A stretch of DNA of 64,000 bases from Clostridia bacterium (GCA_017429695.1 JAFROK010000025.1:4436-68435); one strand, 5' to 3'; numbered from the stretch's first letter, positions 9,406 to 20,473 are shown. Notes: generated by a model from the letters alone, not told the origin. Made by a program: numbers and translations.

Positions 9406-10509
9406 TCATCCTTCGTATTCGGCAATTCTTTGTTTCAGTTCATTCAGGGACAGGACGCCGCCAAGGGCGTCATAGCTGCTGACGGAGGCAGAGCCTTCCG
9501 CGGCTGCCAATTTTGTGCAGCTTTCCGGTGCTTCCCCGTTCATGAGGGCGGTCAGGAAAGCCGCGATACTGACATCACCTGCGCCGGTGGTGCTGCGCAC
9601 AGTTTCCGCCGGATAACAGGGCCGGACCCCAGAACGACCGGCCCATGCGCCTGCATCCAGATTCAGCCTTGCGCCGACCTGCGCCATTCTCTCCCGGGAG
9701 CCGGTGCGGTATACCATGCCGGACAGGCCGCACTTGACCAGAACCGCACCACAGCCCAGGTCCAGGCATTGACGGGCCAGCTGATCTGCCTTTTCAGGAA
9801 TGCCTTCCTGCTGCGTCATATCGCCGCCGGCTGCAGCGATGGCATCATAACAGGAACGGTCCAGCATATAGCAGAGTTCCTCAAAGCTGGGGACAAAGAA
9901 ATCCACATAGGGCAAAGTGACAGCCAGGATTTGCTGCCAGTCCGCCTTTCCCGCTTCACTCTGCGGATCAACGGCCGCCAGGTCCAGGCTGGTGGCGATG
10001 CCTTTTGCCTTCACCCGCATGAACAGGTTTTTCAGTTCCGTGCCACTGTTTTCATACATCCGCTTCATCAGCGGAGGATAACCGAAATGGAACAGAACAG
10101 CTTCGGCCAGCGCTTCTTCCGGAATATCCGCGGCGGAAAAGCTGTCATTTGCACCGGGATTGTGCAGGAAAATGCGGTCCATACCAGGAACGGCCAGCAC
10201 CACGGAATAGGAGGTTGAACTTTGTCCATCCGTGATCAGTCCGCCGGCTCCGTATTCCGCCAGGATGTTTTCAACGATGCTGCCGAAGGCATCTTTTCCC
10301 ACTTTTCCCAGGAGTATTACGTCGTTTCCCAGCAGTTTCAGCGCAAGGCCGGTATTGGCCACGCTGCCGCCGGTATGGACGCTGGCGGCATCCATGCGGA
10401 TCAGCCTGCCCGGTACCAGCAGGTCGCCGATGCGGTGACAACTATGGCCGGAAGGGAAGACCGGCGTAATATCCAGGCAGATATGCCCGGCTGAGATGAC
10501 TTTACCCAT
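9406..10509 (-). CDS. PfkB family carbohydrate kinase
   Basis: GGSVANTG, GKVGKDAFG and STTGAGD signatures. Confidence 0.93.
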   Translation of the reverse strand: MGKVISAGHICLDITPVFPSGHSCHRIGDLLVPGRLIRMDAASVHTGGSVANTGLALKLLGNDVILLGKVGKDAFGSIVENILAEYGAGGLITDGQSSTSYSVVLAVPGMDRIFLHNPGANDSFSAADIPEEALAEAVLFHFGYPPLMKRMYENSGTELKNLFMRVKAKGIATSLDLAAVDPQSEAGKADWQQILAVTLPYVDFFVPSFEELCYMLDRSCYDAIAAAGGDMTQQEGIPEKADQLARQCLDLGCGAVLVKCGLSGMVYRTGSRERMAQVGARLNLDAGAWAGRSGVRPCYPAETVRSTTGAGDVSIAAFLTALMNGEAPESCTKLAAAEGSASVSSYDALGGVLSLNELKQRIAEYEG

Positions 10510-10531
10510 GAAGGCTTCTCCTCACCGTCTG

Positions 10532-10650
10532 TCAGATTCCCATGATCAGGCTGACCGTGTACATTTCCAGCTGTTCGAACTTTTTTTCTGCAATCAGCCG
10601 GTTGGCATAATCATAGTCGTATTTCTTCGCTTTTTGCTTCTGCAGATATT
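10532..10650 (-). pseudogene. C-terminal remnant of a deleted gene (possibly a xylose-isomerase-like TIM barrel)
   Basis: Reads KYLQKQKAKKYDYDYANRLIAEKKFEQLEMYTVSLIMGI* with no start, ending just upstream of the pfkB RBS. Confidence 0.45.
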
Positions 10651-10699
10651 TTACCAGAAATGCCTGTGAAAATCCATCGGAAACAGCAATAAGCGCGGA

Positions 10700-12733
10700 T
10701 TATTCTTTCCGGACGGCTTTCAGGAGTTTTTTGTTCTCGTACATGCTGTTGTCCGCACGGTCAAGCACGGCGGCTACAGACTCATCATTCTCGTACTTTG
10801 CCATTCCGCAGGCAATGATGATGCCGCCGGTGCGGGATGCGTTCATGCTGGAATCCCGCATTTTCGCAACCAGTTCTTCGATGCTGTCATAATCTTTTCC
10901 GTGGGAGATGACCACGAACTCGTCGCCGCCGATCCGGAAGACGGGGCTATGCTTGAAGGTGTCGCAGATGATTTTGCAGGCATCGCGCAGATACTGATCG
11001 CCGGCCTGGTGCCCGGCTGTATCGTTGATGATTTTGAGATCGTTCAGATCCAGCATGACCAGGGAGAAAGGCGGCTGGCAACGAGCGGCGATCTGGTGGT
11101 CCATATGGGCTTCGACTTCCAGATAGGCATGCCTGTTTTTGACGCCCGTCAGCGCGTCAATATTGGCTTCCTTCTGGATCTTCGCGAGGCGCTTGCCGTA
11201 TTCCGCTTCCTGGCGGATCTGATTATCCACATCGCTGAGGCCGACGATCAGGCGGGTGCCTTCCGGCTCTTCCACCATGGCGGCTTTCGTCTGGACATAC
11301 CTGGATTTCTCATCAATGATCAGGCGATAAGTGAGGGAAAAGATGCCGAGGTGCCTGATTTCAGCGATGACATTCTCCTTGGTGAATACGGAAAGGAAAA
11401 GATTCACATCCTCCGGATCCCCATGAATCCGGGTGGTTTCCCGGGCCGACTCAAAGAAGTTGTCTCCTTCCTTTGATTGCCCGAAATCCTGCCTGAAATT
11501 GCCGGCTGAACCAAATTCGCGGTAGTGCCCGGTTTCGGGATCCACAACATAGATAGCGATAAAGTTTCCGGTGAGGGCGTGAAGACGGCCGTAGGTGACG
11601 TGTTCTTCTTTCAGCTGTTCCTCGGCACGGCGCTGCTTCATCTGTTCATCGATATCCGTAACGCCGATGACGATATACCGGTTATCATCCTTCATGCGGG
11701 TGACCTTCATCCGTACATAAAAGGGATCGCCGCCCTTGATTCTGCGATAGGTCATCTCAAATACTTTGGAGCGGTCCAGCGCATCCGAAAGGAACTGCGG
11801 ATCCATGGCTTTCACAAAGGCGTCATTGTCTTCCGGATGGACGAAGAGCTTGACCTCCCGTTTGCAGCTGTCAAAGAAATCCGAGCCGTGACGGACTTCA
11901 GTGAGCACGCCGCTTTCGTCATCGGCCTGATATTCGGCGTAGTCACCGGTTTTCATATTGACATAAAAGAGGTCGGTATATCCCCGGGCCAGGGACATGG
12001 CGATATGGGCGAAGACGGTGCCGGCGTCTTTTTGCTGCTGATAGGCTTTTTCGAGCCGGAGCCGGTAGTCTTCTTTTTCATTGTTGATGACAAAGGTGTG
12101 CAGCAGGCAGGTGCCGAGCATATACGCAATCGAGTAGAGCGGGAGATAGGGGAACCACAGCTGGGCAAAGAGGAAGACGGCCATGATGAGGCCGAAGAGC
12201 GCCAGGGTGCGGTATTTATGCTTCTTTTCCGAGTCGTGCCGGGCAACCGACGTGACGGCATGATACGAAATCATGAGCAGGAAGAGGATCTGGACGCCCA
12301 GCATGACATCGCGGACGGGCAGGTCATGGTATACGCAGTCGCCATCTACCGTAAAGAGAACCGGCACAAAGATATTGGCAAGCGCAAGGGCAGAAATCAG
12401 GCATGCGATGATGCGTCCGGTATGAACGAGGGCTTTTCCGAAGGTGGTTTTATCCTCCAGGTACGCGATGGTATACTGGGCCCAGAATGATACGCCCGCG
12501 GCGGTGGCGACAAAATAAACCGTTGTATCCGCAAACAGCAGCTGGCCGAGTTTATGGCTTTCCAGCACGCCCCAGAGCACGTCCGTGACATAGTAAACCA
12601 GCACCGCAAACAGGAACCGCCTGTAAACTTTCCACGGCGGCGACTGAAAGGCGTTGGCGCGGTTCAGAATGATATCCTGGTTCACGATCAGCAGGACGAT
12701 GATCGCGAGCAGGCCGATGGCTGAATAATACAT
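10700..12733 (-). CDS. Membrane diguanylate cyclase (about 7 TM, two PAS-like repeats, GGDEF)
   Basis: DALTGVKNR, DLNDLK.INDT.GH..GD, FRIGGDEF; start MYYSAIG after GGAG. Confidence 0.93.
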   Translation of the reverse strand: MYYSAIGLLAIIVLLIVNQDIILNRANAFQSPPWKVYRRFLFAVLVYYVTDVLWGVLESHKLGQLLFADTTVYFVATAAGVSFWAQYTIAYLEDKTTFGKALVHTGRIIACLISALALANIFVPVLFTVDGDCVYHDLPVRDVMLGVQILFLLMISYHAVTSVARHDSEKKHKYRTLALFGLIMAVFLFAQLWFPYLPLYSIAYMLGTCLLHTFVINNEKEDYRLRLEKAYQQQKDAGTVFAHIAMSLARGYTDLFYVNMKTGDYAEYQADDESGVLTEVRHGSDFFDSCKREVKLFVHPEDNDAFVKAMDPQFLSDALDRSKVFEMTYRRIKGGDPFYVRMKVTRMKDDNRYIVIGVTDIDEQMKQRRAEEQLKEEHVTYGRLHALTGNFIAIYVVDPETGHYREFGSAGNFRQDFGQSKEGDNFFESARETTRIHGDPEDVNLFLSVFTKENVIAEIRHLGIFSLTYRLIIDEKSRYVQTKAAMVEEPEGTRLIVGLSDVDNQIRQEAEYGKRLAKIQKEANIDALTGVKNRHAYLEVEAHMDHQIAARCQPPFSLVMLDLNDLKIINDTAGHQAGDQYLRDACKIICDTFKHSPVFRIGGDEFVVISHGKDYDSIEELVAKMRDSSMNASRTGGIIIACGMAKYENDESVAAVLDRADNSMYENKKLLKAVRKE

Positions 12734-12969
12734 TGATATCTCCATTTCATGAAAAAAATCTGATTGCAAGGGGGTATGGCATACATACCCATTCAATAAT
12801 ATACCATATTCGGGCGGCCATTTGAAGGAGGGTTCCATTTTGTCACACAACCGCCGCCGGATGCGGATGATACCGGGAGACGGGTTTTTCTTGTCATCCG
12901 GCCCGGGATCCGGTATAATCAAACCAGATAACGGAAAACAACATCAACAGCAGAAGAAGGGAGAAGCAT

Positions 12970-14700
12970 ATGAAGCGGTTTTTGACAATCCTGACAGCCT
13001 TTATATTCCTGCTGCCGGCCGTGGGCGCTGCCCGGGCGGCAGGGCAGTCACCATTCTGCGACGCGCTGACGGAAGCGGTTTCCTCTTTTTCATTTGAAGG
13101 CCAGGGATGCCGGATGGATCTTTCGGTTCCGGGGCAGGAATTCTACGGAACTTTGCAGGCAGGCGACGGCATATGGGAAATTGATCTCGGGCCATGGGGA
13201 AAAGCCCAGCTGTTGAACGATCAACTGGTGTATCTGTATGGGGATGTTCCGTTTGTGCTGGATTTATCGCCTTTGAGCAAAATCATCCGGGATTTATCCG
13301 AGCCGGAAGCGCTCCGGGAATGCCGGGACAGAATCGGCGGGATCGTGAAGCAGTACCTGATCGATCCGTTTGCGGCATATGCGGTTTCAGACGGCCGGGT
13401 TAATGTGCATGTGGATATTGAAAGCGGCGCGCTGAAGGAACAGCTGAAGGCGTTTATCGGGGCTTTGCTGCAGGAGGCCGGGATCGACCAGTATTACGCG
13501 GCGGCGTTTTATGCGTTGCGTGCCGCCGGGCTGTATATTCCGGAGCGAATAGAAGACCTGCCGGACTACATTGTTGATCAGATTCCGTTTGAATATACCA
13601 CATACGATTATGATTATGAGTATGATGAATACATCCGGAAAACGGTTCCATGGCGAATTGAGGGCGACCTGTTTGTTTCGGGCGGGAACAGGCGCATACC
13701 GGATATCGTCTTTTCCGGATGCTTCCGGATGTCCGACCGGCTTTATCCGCTTTATTTTGAGACATGCTTCTCAGACGGCAGGACCATATTCCGCGTGGAT
13801 GCGGATACGACCTTCGGCGGAATCAGCTGTTCATTTGACGGCTGCAATTTTATGGCCCAGGTGCGGGATTCCTATTCCGGAAGGATCAGTAATGCCATTG
13901 AAGGGACATATGACAGGACGACCGGGGCTGTTGACGCGGAGATTCTGGACTATGAGATGAAGAGTATCGGCCGGATCAGCGGATGCCTGCTGCGGGACAG
14001 CGCCGACCTGACCATCCGGAATTATGAGGATACGATTCAGATTTACCTGAAGAATGATAAAAGCTGCATCTATGGAAAAGTCAGGAACGGCGGCCGGGGG
14101 TCATTCAGCTATGACCTGCTGCTCAGCATGACGCCGGAGGAGGGATTCCAGGCCCGAGTGACGGGAAAGACCGGCTATACCAGCGGGGATTTATACTGCT
14201 CCGTGACATTGAATGACGGGAGCCTTTCCACAGAATTCAGTTATCCGTATGGTGACTGGCGCATTAACGGGCAAGGCAAAATGATTTCTTCACCGAACGG
14301 CGTGACGCAGTCCATCGATTTTGAGGCGGTTACAACCAACATTTACTACCGGAACGGATACCAGGATATCAAACGGATCCAATACGTTCCGGGCAGGCTG
14401 AGCGCCCTGATTGATGATAACGAATACCTGCTTGAGAAGACAGCGGACAGCGCTGAAAAAATGGCATACCAGCTTTCAGTGAATGGGGAGATGCTTTATG
14501 CGCTGGAGATGGAACTGGCCCGGACCGCATTTGGCAAAGGGTTCTCCGCACTGCTTTCCCGGGGCGGGGAACCCATCGTACGGCTCACACTCACACCGGT
14601 TGAGAAACAGATTGTTGAACCCGTTGATTTATCGAACGCGGTTTACCTCACATCGGATACGATCAACGCCTTTGTCGGCATCCTCCAATACGCAAGGTAA
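12970..14700 (+). CDS. Secreted hypothetical protein
   Basis: 576 aa ORF with signal peptide and RBS; no family recognised. Confidence 0.7.
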   Translation: MKRFLTILTAFIFLLPAVGAARAAGQSPFCDALTEAVSSFSFEGQGCRMDLSVPGQEFYGTLQAGDGIWEIDLGPWGKAQLLNDQLVYLYGDVPFVLDLSPLSKIIRDLSEPEALRECRDRIGGIVKQYLIDPFAAYAVSDGRVNVHVDIESGALKEQLKAFIGALLQEAGIDQYYAAAFYALRAAGLYIPERIEDLPDYIVDQIPFEYTTYDYDYEYDEYIRKTVPWRIEGDLFVSGGNRRIPDIVFSGCFRMSDRLYPLYFETCFSDGRTIFRVDADTTFGGISCSFDGCNFMAQVRDSYSGRISNAIEGTYDRTTGAVDAEILDYEMKSIGRISGCLLRDSADLTIRNYEDTIQIYLKNDKSCIYGKVRNGGRGSFSYDLLLSMTPEEGFQARVTGKTGYTSGDLYCSVTLNDGSLSTEFSYPYGDWRINGQGKMISSPNGVTQSIDFEAVTTNIYYRNGYQDIKRIQYVPGRLSALIDDNEYLLEKTADSAEKMAYQLSVNGEMLYALEMELARTAFGKGFSALLSRGGEPIVRLTLTPVEKQIVEPVDLSNAVYLTSDTINAFVGILQYAR

Positions 14701-14705
14701 CTTTT

Positions 14706-15305
14706 TTACGATCCGGCAATGCGCCGGATGCTTTCCCAGCTGAATACCCTGGTGTAGTTTTCATTCGGGAATGTGCAGTCCCAGTTCCAGGGCCGGTCAA
14801 AAACCAGCACCCGCAGGGACGGAAGATGGGTAAAAAACGGGAAGGCCTTGGGGGAATCCTCCACGGCCAGATCGAACTTCATGCGGTAATAATCTTCCGG
14901 CTCAAGGCTGAAATCACTGTTTTTGATAAAACTGTCCCGGCCGTATTTGTTGAGGCAGAACAGCTTTACATGCTCAAGGCCGTGGCGGTCCAGCCACTCA
15001 CGGGACGGTTCGTAAGCGCTGAAGGGGCGCCCCGTGATGACCGAGACATCATGGCCGCAGGACAGCCATTCGTTAATGACCGAAGAAGCGCCCGGCGTTT
15101 CCTCATATGACAGGAGCACATCCGGCTGGTGGCCCCGGATCATGAACTGCTCAAACTGCTCATCATTCAGGCGGAAAGATTTATCGAGCTCAAAGAAGCG
15201 GATGTCCTCATAGGGGACATTCCGGCCGAACATTTCCATTCCCAGCTTGGAGAAGGCCCTTGCGGTTTCGCAGAGGCAGTCGTCAAAATCCACATAGATT
15301 TTCAT
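14706..15305 (-). CDS. HAD-superfamily 5'(3')-nucleotidase-like protein
   Basis: MKIYVDFDDCL, ITGRP, VEDSP, FDRPWN. Confidence 0.8.
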   Translation of the reverse strand: MKIYVDFDDCLCETARAFSKLGMEMFGRNVPYEDIRFFELDKSFRLNDEQFEQFMIRGHQPDVLLSYEETPGASSVINEWLSCGHDVSVITGRPFSAYEPSREWLDRHGLEHVKLFCLNKYGRDSFIKNSDFSLEPEDYYRMKFDLAVEDSPKAFPFFTHLPSLRVLVFDRPWNWDCTFPNENYTRVFSWESIRRIAGS

Positions 15306-15463
15306 GCGATCCGTCCTTTTCGTTTGCAGGATATGAGTCATCCGGCAATCATGTTAATCCATTTTCCGGGGCCGGGTCAAGCGGAACGTGAAAGTGGCTT
15401 GATTTACCCACCCACCCTGAAGTATAATAGGTCAAACGATTCGGAAGGACAGGTGGAAGCAGC

Positions 15464-15865
15464 ATGATCTCAACCAAAGGACGGTATGCCATCCGCGTGA
15501 TGATTGACCTGGCGGAAAATGACCAGGGACATTATATTCCCCTCAAGGACATTGCGGCCCGGCAGGAAATATCCAAGAAATACCTGGAGATTATCTGCAA
15601 GGAGATGGTCGCCGGCGGGCTGATTATCGGGTCCAGCGGCAAAGGTGGCGGATACAGGCTGTGCCGGAAACCGGAAGAATACACGCTGGATGAAATCCTG
15701 GAGCTGATGGAGGGAACGCTGTCCCCGGTGGCCTGCCTGGCGGCGGACATGAACGACTGCCCGCGGAAAAACGTCTGCCAGACGCTTCCGCTGTGGACCG
15801 AATATGATCAGATGGTGCATCAGTTCTTTCACAGCAAAAAACTGAGCGACCTGATTCCGGGATGA
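15464..15865 (+). CDS. Rrf2 family transcriptional regulator
   Basis: MISTKGRYAIR..IA.RQEIS.KYLE..G.GGGYRL; three Cys (ACL, CPR, VCQT). Confidence 0.93.
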   Translation: MISTKGRYAIRVMIDLAENDQGHYIPLKDIAARQEISKKYLEIICKEMVAGGLIIGSSGKGGGYRLCRKPEEYTLDEILELMEGTLSPVACLAADMNDCPRKNVCQTLPLWTEYDQMVHQFFHSKKLSDLIPG

Positions 15866-16797
15866 TGCGTATGGAAACGAGGCAGTGGATGCTGCGCGGC
15901 CTGAAATCCATCCCCTGGCGCAGCATGCTGAAGGGGCTGATGCTGTATGTGCTTCCGCCGGCTGTGTGCATGATGGTTTTCGCACAGCCGATCGGGGACG
16001 CCGTTCGCGCGTCCGGTTCCGCTGCATACTGGATTCTGCTGGCCGCCTTCGGCGCCGTATGCCTCAACTGGATTGCCTATGCACTGATCCGCCGGAAGCA
16101 TCCGTCCCTGTTGGTTTATACCCACGGCGCCGCATGCCTGCTGCTGGTTGTGATTGTTGAATCAGAAGCGCTGCTGAACCACCGCGGGCCTTCATCCACG
16201 CTGGCTGTGATCGGCGGATGCCTGGCGCTGGGTGCGCTGTTTATGTTCAGCTTCCAGCTGGCTTCATACCACAACAAATTTGCCCACTCGACCGCGGTGG
16301 TGCTGTGGGTGATCATCGGATTTGCTTTTGCCTTTATGGCATACAGTGTGGCCCGGGATATTGAGGCGAATATCGTCAGCGCGGATACCTGGATTACCTC
16401 TGTGATCCTCGTTGCGCTGATTCCGGCCGCTTTCAGCCGCAGGATCCTCGCATCATTCCGGGCCGGAGCGGAGCGCCGCAGGGCAACCGCCGTTGCGGAG
16501 GGACGGATTGTGCAGATGGTCGGGGAAACCCGGCTGGACCGGGATAACGACCTGGTGACCGATTACTACGCCCGGGTGCAGTACACGGTGGACGGCGTTG
16601 ATTATGAGACGCACGCGGACATATCCAAAGCGGCCATGCGGCTGTATGGCAGGAAAGCGTTTACCGGCCGGGAAATTCCCGTATACTATGAACCGGAAAA
16701 CCCGGCGCATGCCTACACGCGCCGGGTGGACAGGCGGTTTCTGATTCAAAGCAGGAAGAATGATCCGCCGGAAGAAGAAAACGCGGAAAACGAATGA
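15862..16797 (+). CDS. Membrane protein with C-terminal DUF3592-like domain
   Basis: About 6 TM; A.GRI...V.YTVDG..Y...G..IPVYY.PENP. Confidence 0.7.
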   Translation: MMRMETRQWMLRGLKSIPWRSMLKGLMLYVLPPAVCMMVFAQPIGDAVRASGSAAYWILLAAFGAVCLNWIAYALIRRKHPSLLVYTHGAACLLLVVIVESEALLNHRGPSSTLAVIGGCLALGALFMFSFQLASYHNKFAHSTAVVLWVIIGFAFAFMAYSVARDIEANIVSADTWITSVILVALIPAAFSRRILASFRAGAERRRATAVAEGRIVQMVGETRLDRDNDLVTDYYARVQYTVDGVDYETHADISKAAMRLYGRKAFTGREIPVYYEPENPAHAYTRRVDRRFLIQSRKNDPPEEENAENE

Positions 16798-16810
16798 TTC
16801 CGGTGACTGC

Positions 16811-18148
16811 TCAGTTTGAAAGGACAAAAGACGCTATATCCAGGATGACCTGTTCATCCACTTTGCCTTCGCGGGAATAAACCGCGGAGGCTTCTGTTTT
16901 CAGCCCGGGAACGAACGGGTGCGTCAGGCCCGGATAGGATTTCAGGGTCCAGTTTTCCTTCTGGCCGAAGGCGTCCTGCCAGATGCCGAAATCCACCATG
17001 GTGACCTGATAGTCTTCCTCGCCCTGCAGGAGCAGGACCGGTTTGGTGATTTCCTCCGCGGCCTGCATGATATCGTAAGATGCCAGCCACTTCCAGTAGG
17101 CGGAATAGACATTCATGACCGTATCATCCTCGGACAGGGCATCCAGGTTCTCCAGCTTATCCAGGTCCGCAAACACCGCGTCCGCTTCCGCCTGCTGCTC
17201 TTCCGTGACTTCCGGCAGGAGGGAAAGCAGGTATTCATACTGCTCCCGGATCAGCTCATCCAGGGGGCGGGGGGAGGCGGCCAGCATGATATATCCGCGG
17301 GCGGTGACCGGCGCGGATACCAGCTCCCGGGCGATTTGCGGAATAGCGTTGCCGCCCAGGCTGTGGCCCAGAACATAAATCCGGTCCGGATCGATTTTAT
17401 CCTGCCCAGCCAGCAGCTGCACCGCATTGACGGCATCCTCAATCGATTCATTCTCCAGGGTGAATTGCTTATCGGAGGCGAGATAGAGCCCGAAGGTATA
17501 GCTGCGCTTGTCAAACCGATAGACGGCGACGCCCTGCGCTGCCAGGCCTTCCGCGATGTCCCGGAAGGGCTTCAGGCTGCCGAGGGTTTCATCCTTGTCA
17601 CTGGTGCCGGAACCATGGATCAGGATTACTGCCGGGAAGGGACCTTCCCCCTTCGGCAGGGTCAGGATGCCCGGAAGTTCGCCCAGGGACGGAACGGGGA
17701 GGGGCAGGCTGACGCTGTCGAAGAGATCGGATTCGGCAGGCGCTTCTTCCTTTCCGCCGCTGTAGGCGCCGGTGGAGAGGCCGGCGATTGCGCCGTCCTG
17801 GACAATGAGTACCAGATCCGCGGAGGTGACGGAAAAGACGCAGGGAACGAAGAAAGCCTTGAAGCCCTGGATTTCCCCCTCATAAGCCGGGTCCACTTTC
17901 AGCAGCGCCCCCAGCGGGGCAAACTGCGCCGCCAGGCCGCTGATGCCGCCATAAGCCGCCAGGGCGGATTCCATCTGGGCGGAAAGGGCCCACGCGCCGT
18001 TCATCTCTTCCGGATGTTCGCCGAAGAACGCCGCGACGAAATCATCGGCGTCGGCTGGTGATTCCATTTTCCGGGACTCCCCGGCGAAGGCTCCGCAGCA
18101 GGAAAGCAGCAGGGCCAGGGACAGCAATACCATCAATATCTTTTTCAT
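16811..18148 (-). CDS. Secreted alpha/beta hydrolase (DUF3887-type N-terminus)
   Basis: LIHGSG..DKDE, RFDKR, GHSLG, QGEEDYQV, YPGLTH. Confidence 0.88.
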   Translation of the reverse strand: MKKILMVLLSLALLLSCCGAFAGESRKMESPADADDFVAAFFGEHPEEMNGAWALSAQMESALAAYGGISGLAAQFAPLGALLKVDPAYEGEIQGFKAFFVPCVFSVTSADLVLIVQDGAIAGLSTGAYSGGKEEAPAESDLFDSVSLPLPVPSLGELPGILTLPKGEGPFPAVILIHGSGTSDKDETLGSLKPFRDIAEGLAAQGVAVYRFDKRSYTFGLYLASDKQFTLENESIEDAVNAVQLLAGQDKIDPDRIYVLGHSLGGNAIPQIARELVSAPVTARGYIMLAASPRPLDELIREQYEYLLSLLPEVTEEQQAEADAVFADLDKLENLDALSEDDTVMNVYSAYWKWLASYDIMQAAEEITKPVLLLQGEEDYQVTMVDFGIWQDAFGQKENWTLKSYPGLTHPFVPGLKTEASAVYSREGKVDEQVILDIASFVLSN

Positions 18149-18359
18149 TTTCTGTTTCCTTTCCCCTGAAGCTAATTCAGGATACGGAAGGTTTTTGCGT
18201 GTCAATTCAATATATAAAAAAAGGCGCTTTCAAGTCAAGCGGATTTGCATCAGAATGTCAGTTTATGATAATATGAGTTATCGCAAAAAAGGAAAAGAGG
18301 AACTTTCATCAATATTCTGCCGTCATAATGGATGAACAGCAAAAAAGGAGGAATTCACC

Positions 18360-19325
18360 ATGAAACGCAATCATATTCTGACCGCAATCCTGCTGGGACT
18401 GCTGCTGACCCTGGCTGTGACCGTGTGCGCGTGCGCCGCGGAAATCCGCCCCATTCCCCTTGACCACGATACGCTGGACCTGAACAACGGCATGTTCTGC
18501 CTCCTGATCCGGGGCGGGGACGGAGTGGAGAAAACCGGCAGCTTTATTGCCGTGCTGTACAAAGTGGACCAGTACGACGGGGAACAGATTCGGGCGATGG
18601 CGCCGGGGGACACCGTTTATGTCGATGACCGGAAATGGACCGTGAAGGAAGTGAAAGTCCTTGCCTACGCAGATGATTCGGATGAACCGATCGATATTGA
18701 GGTTTGTCCCGAAGAGGACATGGGCGAAGACGCGTATCTTGGGTTTATGCCGGGCGAAGACGAGGGGACATACGTCGCGGTGATGGGTGACTGGAATCCC
18801 GTGACATTGGCCGGGTCGGTGAAGGTGATGCTTCCGCTGCTGGATGCGTTTACCTATAACCTGAACGATGAGGAACAGGATACGGATACATTTATCGCAA
18901 ACCTTGCGTCTTTATCCAACCCTTATAATACATTATGCTTCTTCCGGGACGGGCAGCTGATCTGGGTGAACAAGTATGACTATCCCCATGGCCCGCAGGG
19001 GGCGGAAGACGGGGAATTCCGGGAAACTCCGGTATGGAAATTCTGCCACGGTTTCCGGGACGGGCTGGACACGGCGGTCATCACCGCCAGCAAAACGGAC
19101 TGTGAAGAAGGCCCGATCCCGGTGGAAATCACGCCGGAAGAGGCCGAAGGGATCCGGCAGCTGGCCATGAACGGAACGGTGATCGGCAAAGCCAACGATA
19201 TGTCGGTAACCGGCGGCACATGGGTCTATTCCTTTGAAACGCCGGGCGGAACCCACCTACTGTCCGTTGAGCTGTATGAAGGCCTGATTGTTGCGGCAGA
19301 CGGCATGTACAGCGTTCAGCGGTAA
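18360..19325 (+). CDS. Secreted acidic hypothetical protein
   Basis: AAGGAGG RBS, signal peptide, 321 aa. Confidence 0.7.
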   Translation: MKRNHILTAILLGLLLTLAVTVCACAAEIRPIPLDHDTLDLNNGMFCLLIRGGDGVEKTGSFIAVLYKVDQYDGEQIRAMAPGDTVYVDDRKWTVKEVKVLAYADDSDEPIDIEVCPEEDMGEDAYLGFMPGEDEGTYVAVMGDWNPVTLAGSVKVMLPLLDAFTYNLNDEEQDTDTFIANLASLSNPYNTLCFFRDGQLIWVNKYDYPHGPQGAEDGEFRETPVWKFCHGFRDGLDTAVITASKTDCEEGPIPVEITPEEAEGIRQLAMNGTVIGKANDMSVTGGTWVYSFETPGGTHLLSVELYEGLIVAADGMYSVQR

Positions 19326-20473
19326 AGGCCTGTTTTCAGCCTTTTCAGGCCATCTTCCAGCAAGGCTTTCGGGCAGGCGATATTCAGCCGCAGGAAATAA
19401 TGACCGTTGCCGCCATAGATATTACCGGCCGAGAGATACAGGCCGGTTTTTTCACGGATGCGGCGCTGCAGGCTTTCCGCGTCATCGGTGTATCGGCTGA
19501 CATCCAGCCACATGAGGTAGGTCGCGTCCTGGGGCAGGGCATATACATCCGGCAGTTCACTGCGGATAAATTCATATACTGTTTCGCGGTTCCGGGCGAT
19601 GTATCCGCGCAGGGCGGTGAGCCATTCCCATCCTTCATCGGAGAAGGCGGCGACGGCCGCGTCGATGGCAAAGGCGTTGGGTTCGGCGACTTCATCCGTG
19701 TTCAGCGCGCGGTCCATGCGCTGGCGGAGGCCCTCTTCCGGCACGATGACGGCGGCGGACTGGGTGCCGGCGATATTGAAGGCTTTGGTCGGCGCCACGG
19801 CGGTGATGCTGTTCATGCGGCAGGTTTCGTTTACCGACGCGAAAGGAATATAGGAAGCGTCCGGCGCGGTGAGATCGCAGTGAATCTCATCTGAAAAGAC
19901 CAGGACATGGTGCTTCCGGCAGAGTTCACCCACCTGGGCCAGATGCTCCCGGCTCCAGATTTTTCCCGCCGGATTCTGGGGATTGCAGAGGATCATCATG
20001 GTGGTCAGCGGATCGGAAAGCTTTTCCTCCAGGTCCGCAAAGTCCATATCATATCCGCCGTCGCGATATACCAGCGGGTTTTCCAGCACGCGGCGGCCGT
20101 TGTTGACAATGGAATTGACAAAAATATTGTATACCGGCGTCTGGATGACGATTTTTTCCGCGGGCGTCGTAAACTTCCGGACGGCGGTGGAAAGGGCCGG
20201 AATGACGCCTGTGGTGAAAATCAGCTCCTCCCGGGTGATATCCAGGCCGTGATGGGTTTTCCACCAGTTCCGGTAGGCATCGTACCACGCATCCGGAATG
20301 ATGCTGTAACCGAAAATGCCGTGGGCGGCCCTTTTTTCGATGGCGCGGCGGACGCAGGGCGCGGTGGGGAAGTCCATATCCGCGACCCACATGGGGAGTT
20401 CATTTTCCTTTACATCCCATTTCAGGGAGCCCGTTCCGCGTCGGTCCGTAATCCGGTCAAAACGATCGTCCAT
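19316..20473 (-). CDS. patB: MalY/PatB family cystathionine beta-lyase (PLP)
   Basis: SLKWD, LPMWVADMDF, LCNPQNPAG, SDEIHCD, APTKAFNIAG, TYLMWLD, RLNIACP. Confidence 0.93.
   Translation of the reverse strand: MDDRFDRITDRRGTGSLKWDVKENELPMWVADMDFPTAPCVRRAIEKRAAHGIFGYSIIPDAWYDAYRNWWKTHHGLDITREELIFTTGVIPALSTAVRKFTTPAEKIVIQTPVYNIFVNSIVNNGRRVLENPLVYRDGGYDMDFADLEEKLSDPLTTMMILCNPQNPAGKIWSREHLAQVGELCRKHHVLVFSDEIHCDLTAPDASYIPFASVNETCRMNSITAVAPTKAFNIAGTQSAAVIVPEEGLRQRMDRALNTDEVAEPNAFAIDAAVAAFSDEGWEWLTALRGYIARNRETVYEFIRSELPDVYALPQDATYLMWLDVSRYTDDAESLQRRIREKTGLYLSAGNIYGGNGHYFLRLNIACPKALLEDGLKRLKTGLYR

Noticed and set aside
12734-12969. c-di-GMP riboswitch near the GGDEF gene
   Set aside because: No GEMM-like consensus is visible; it looks like an ordinary divergent promoter region.
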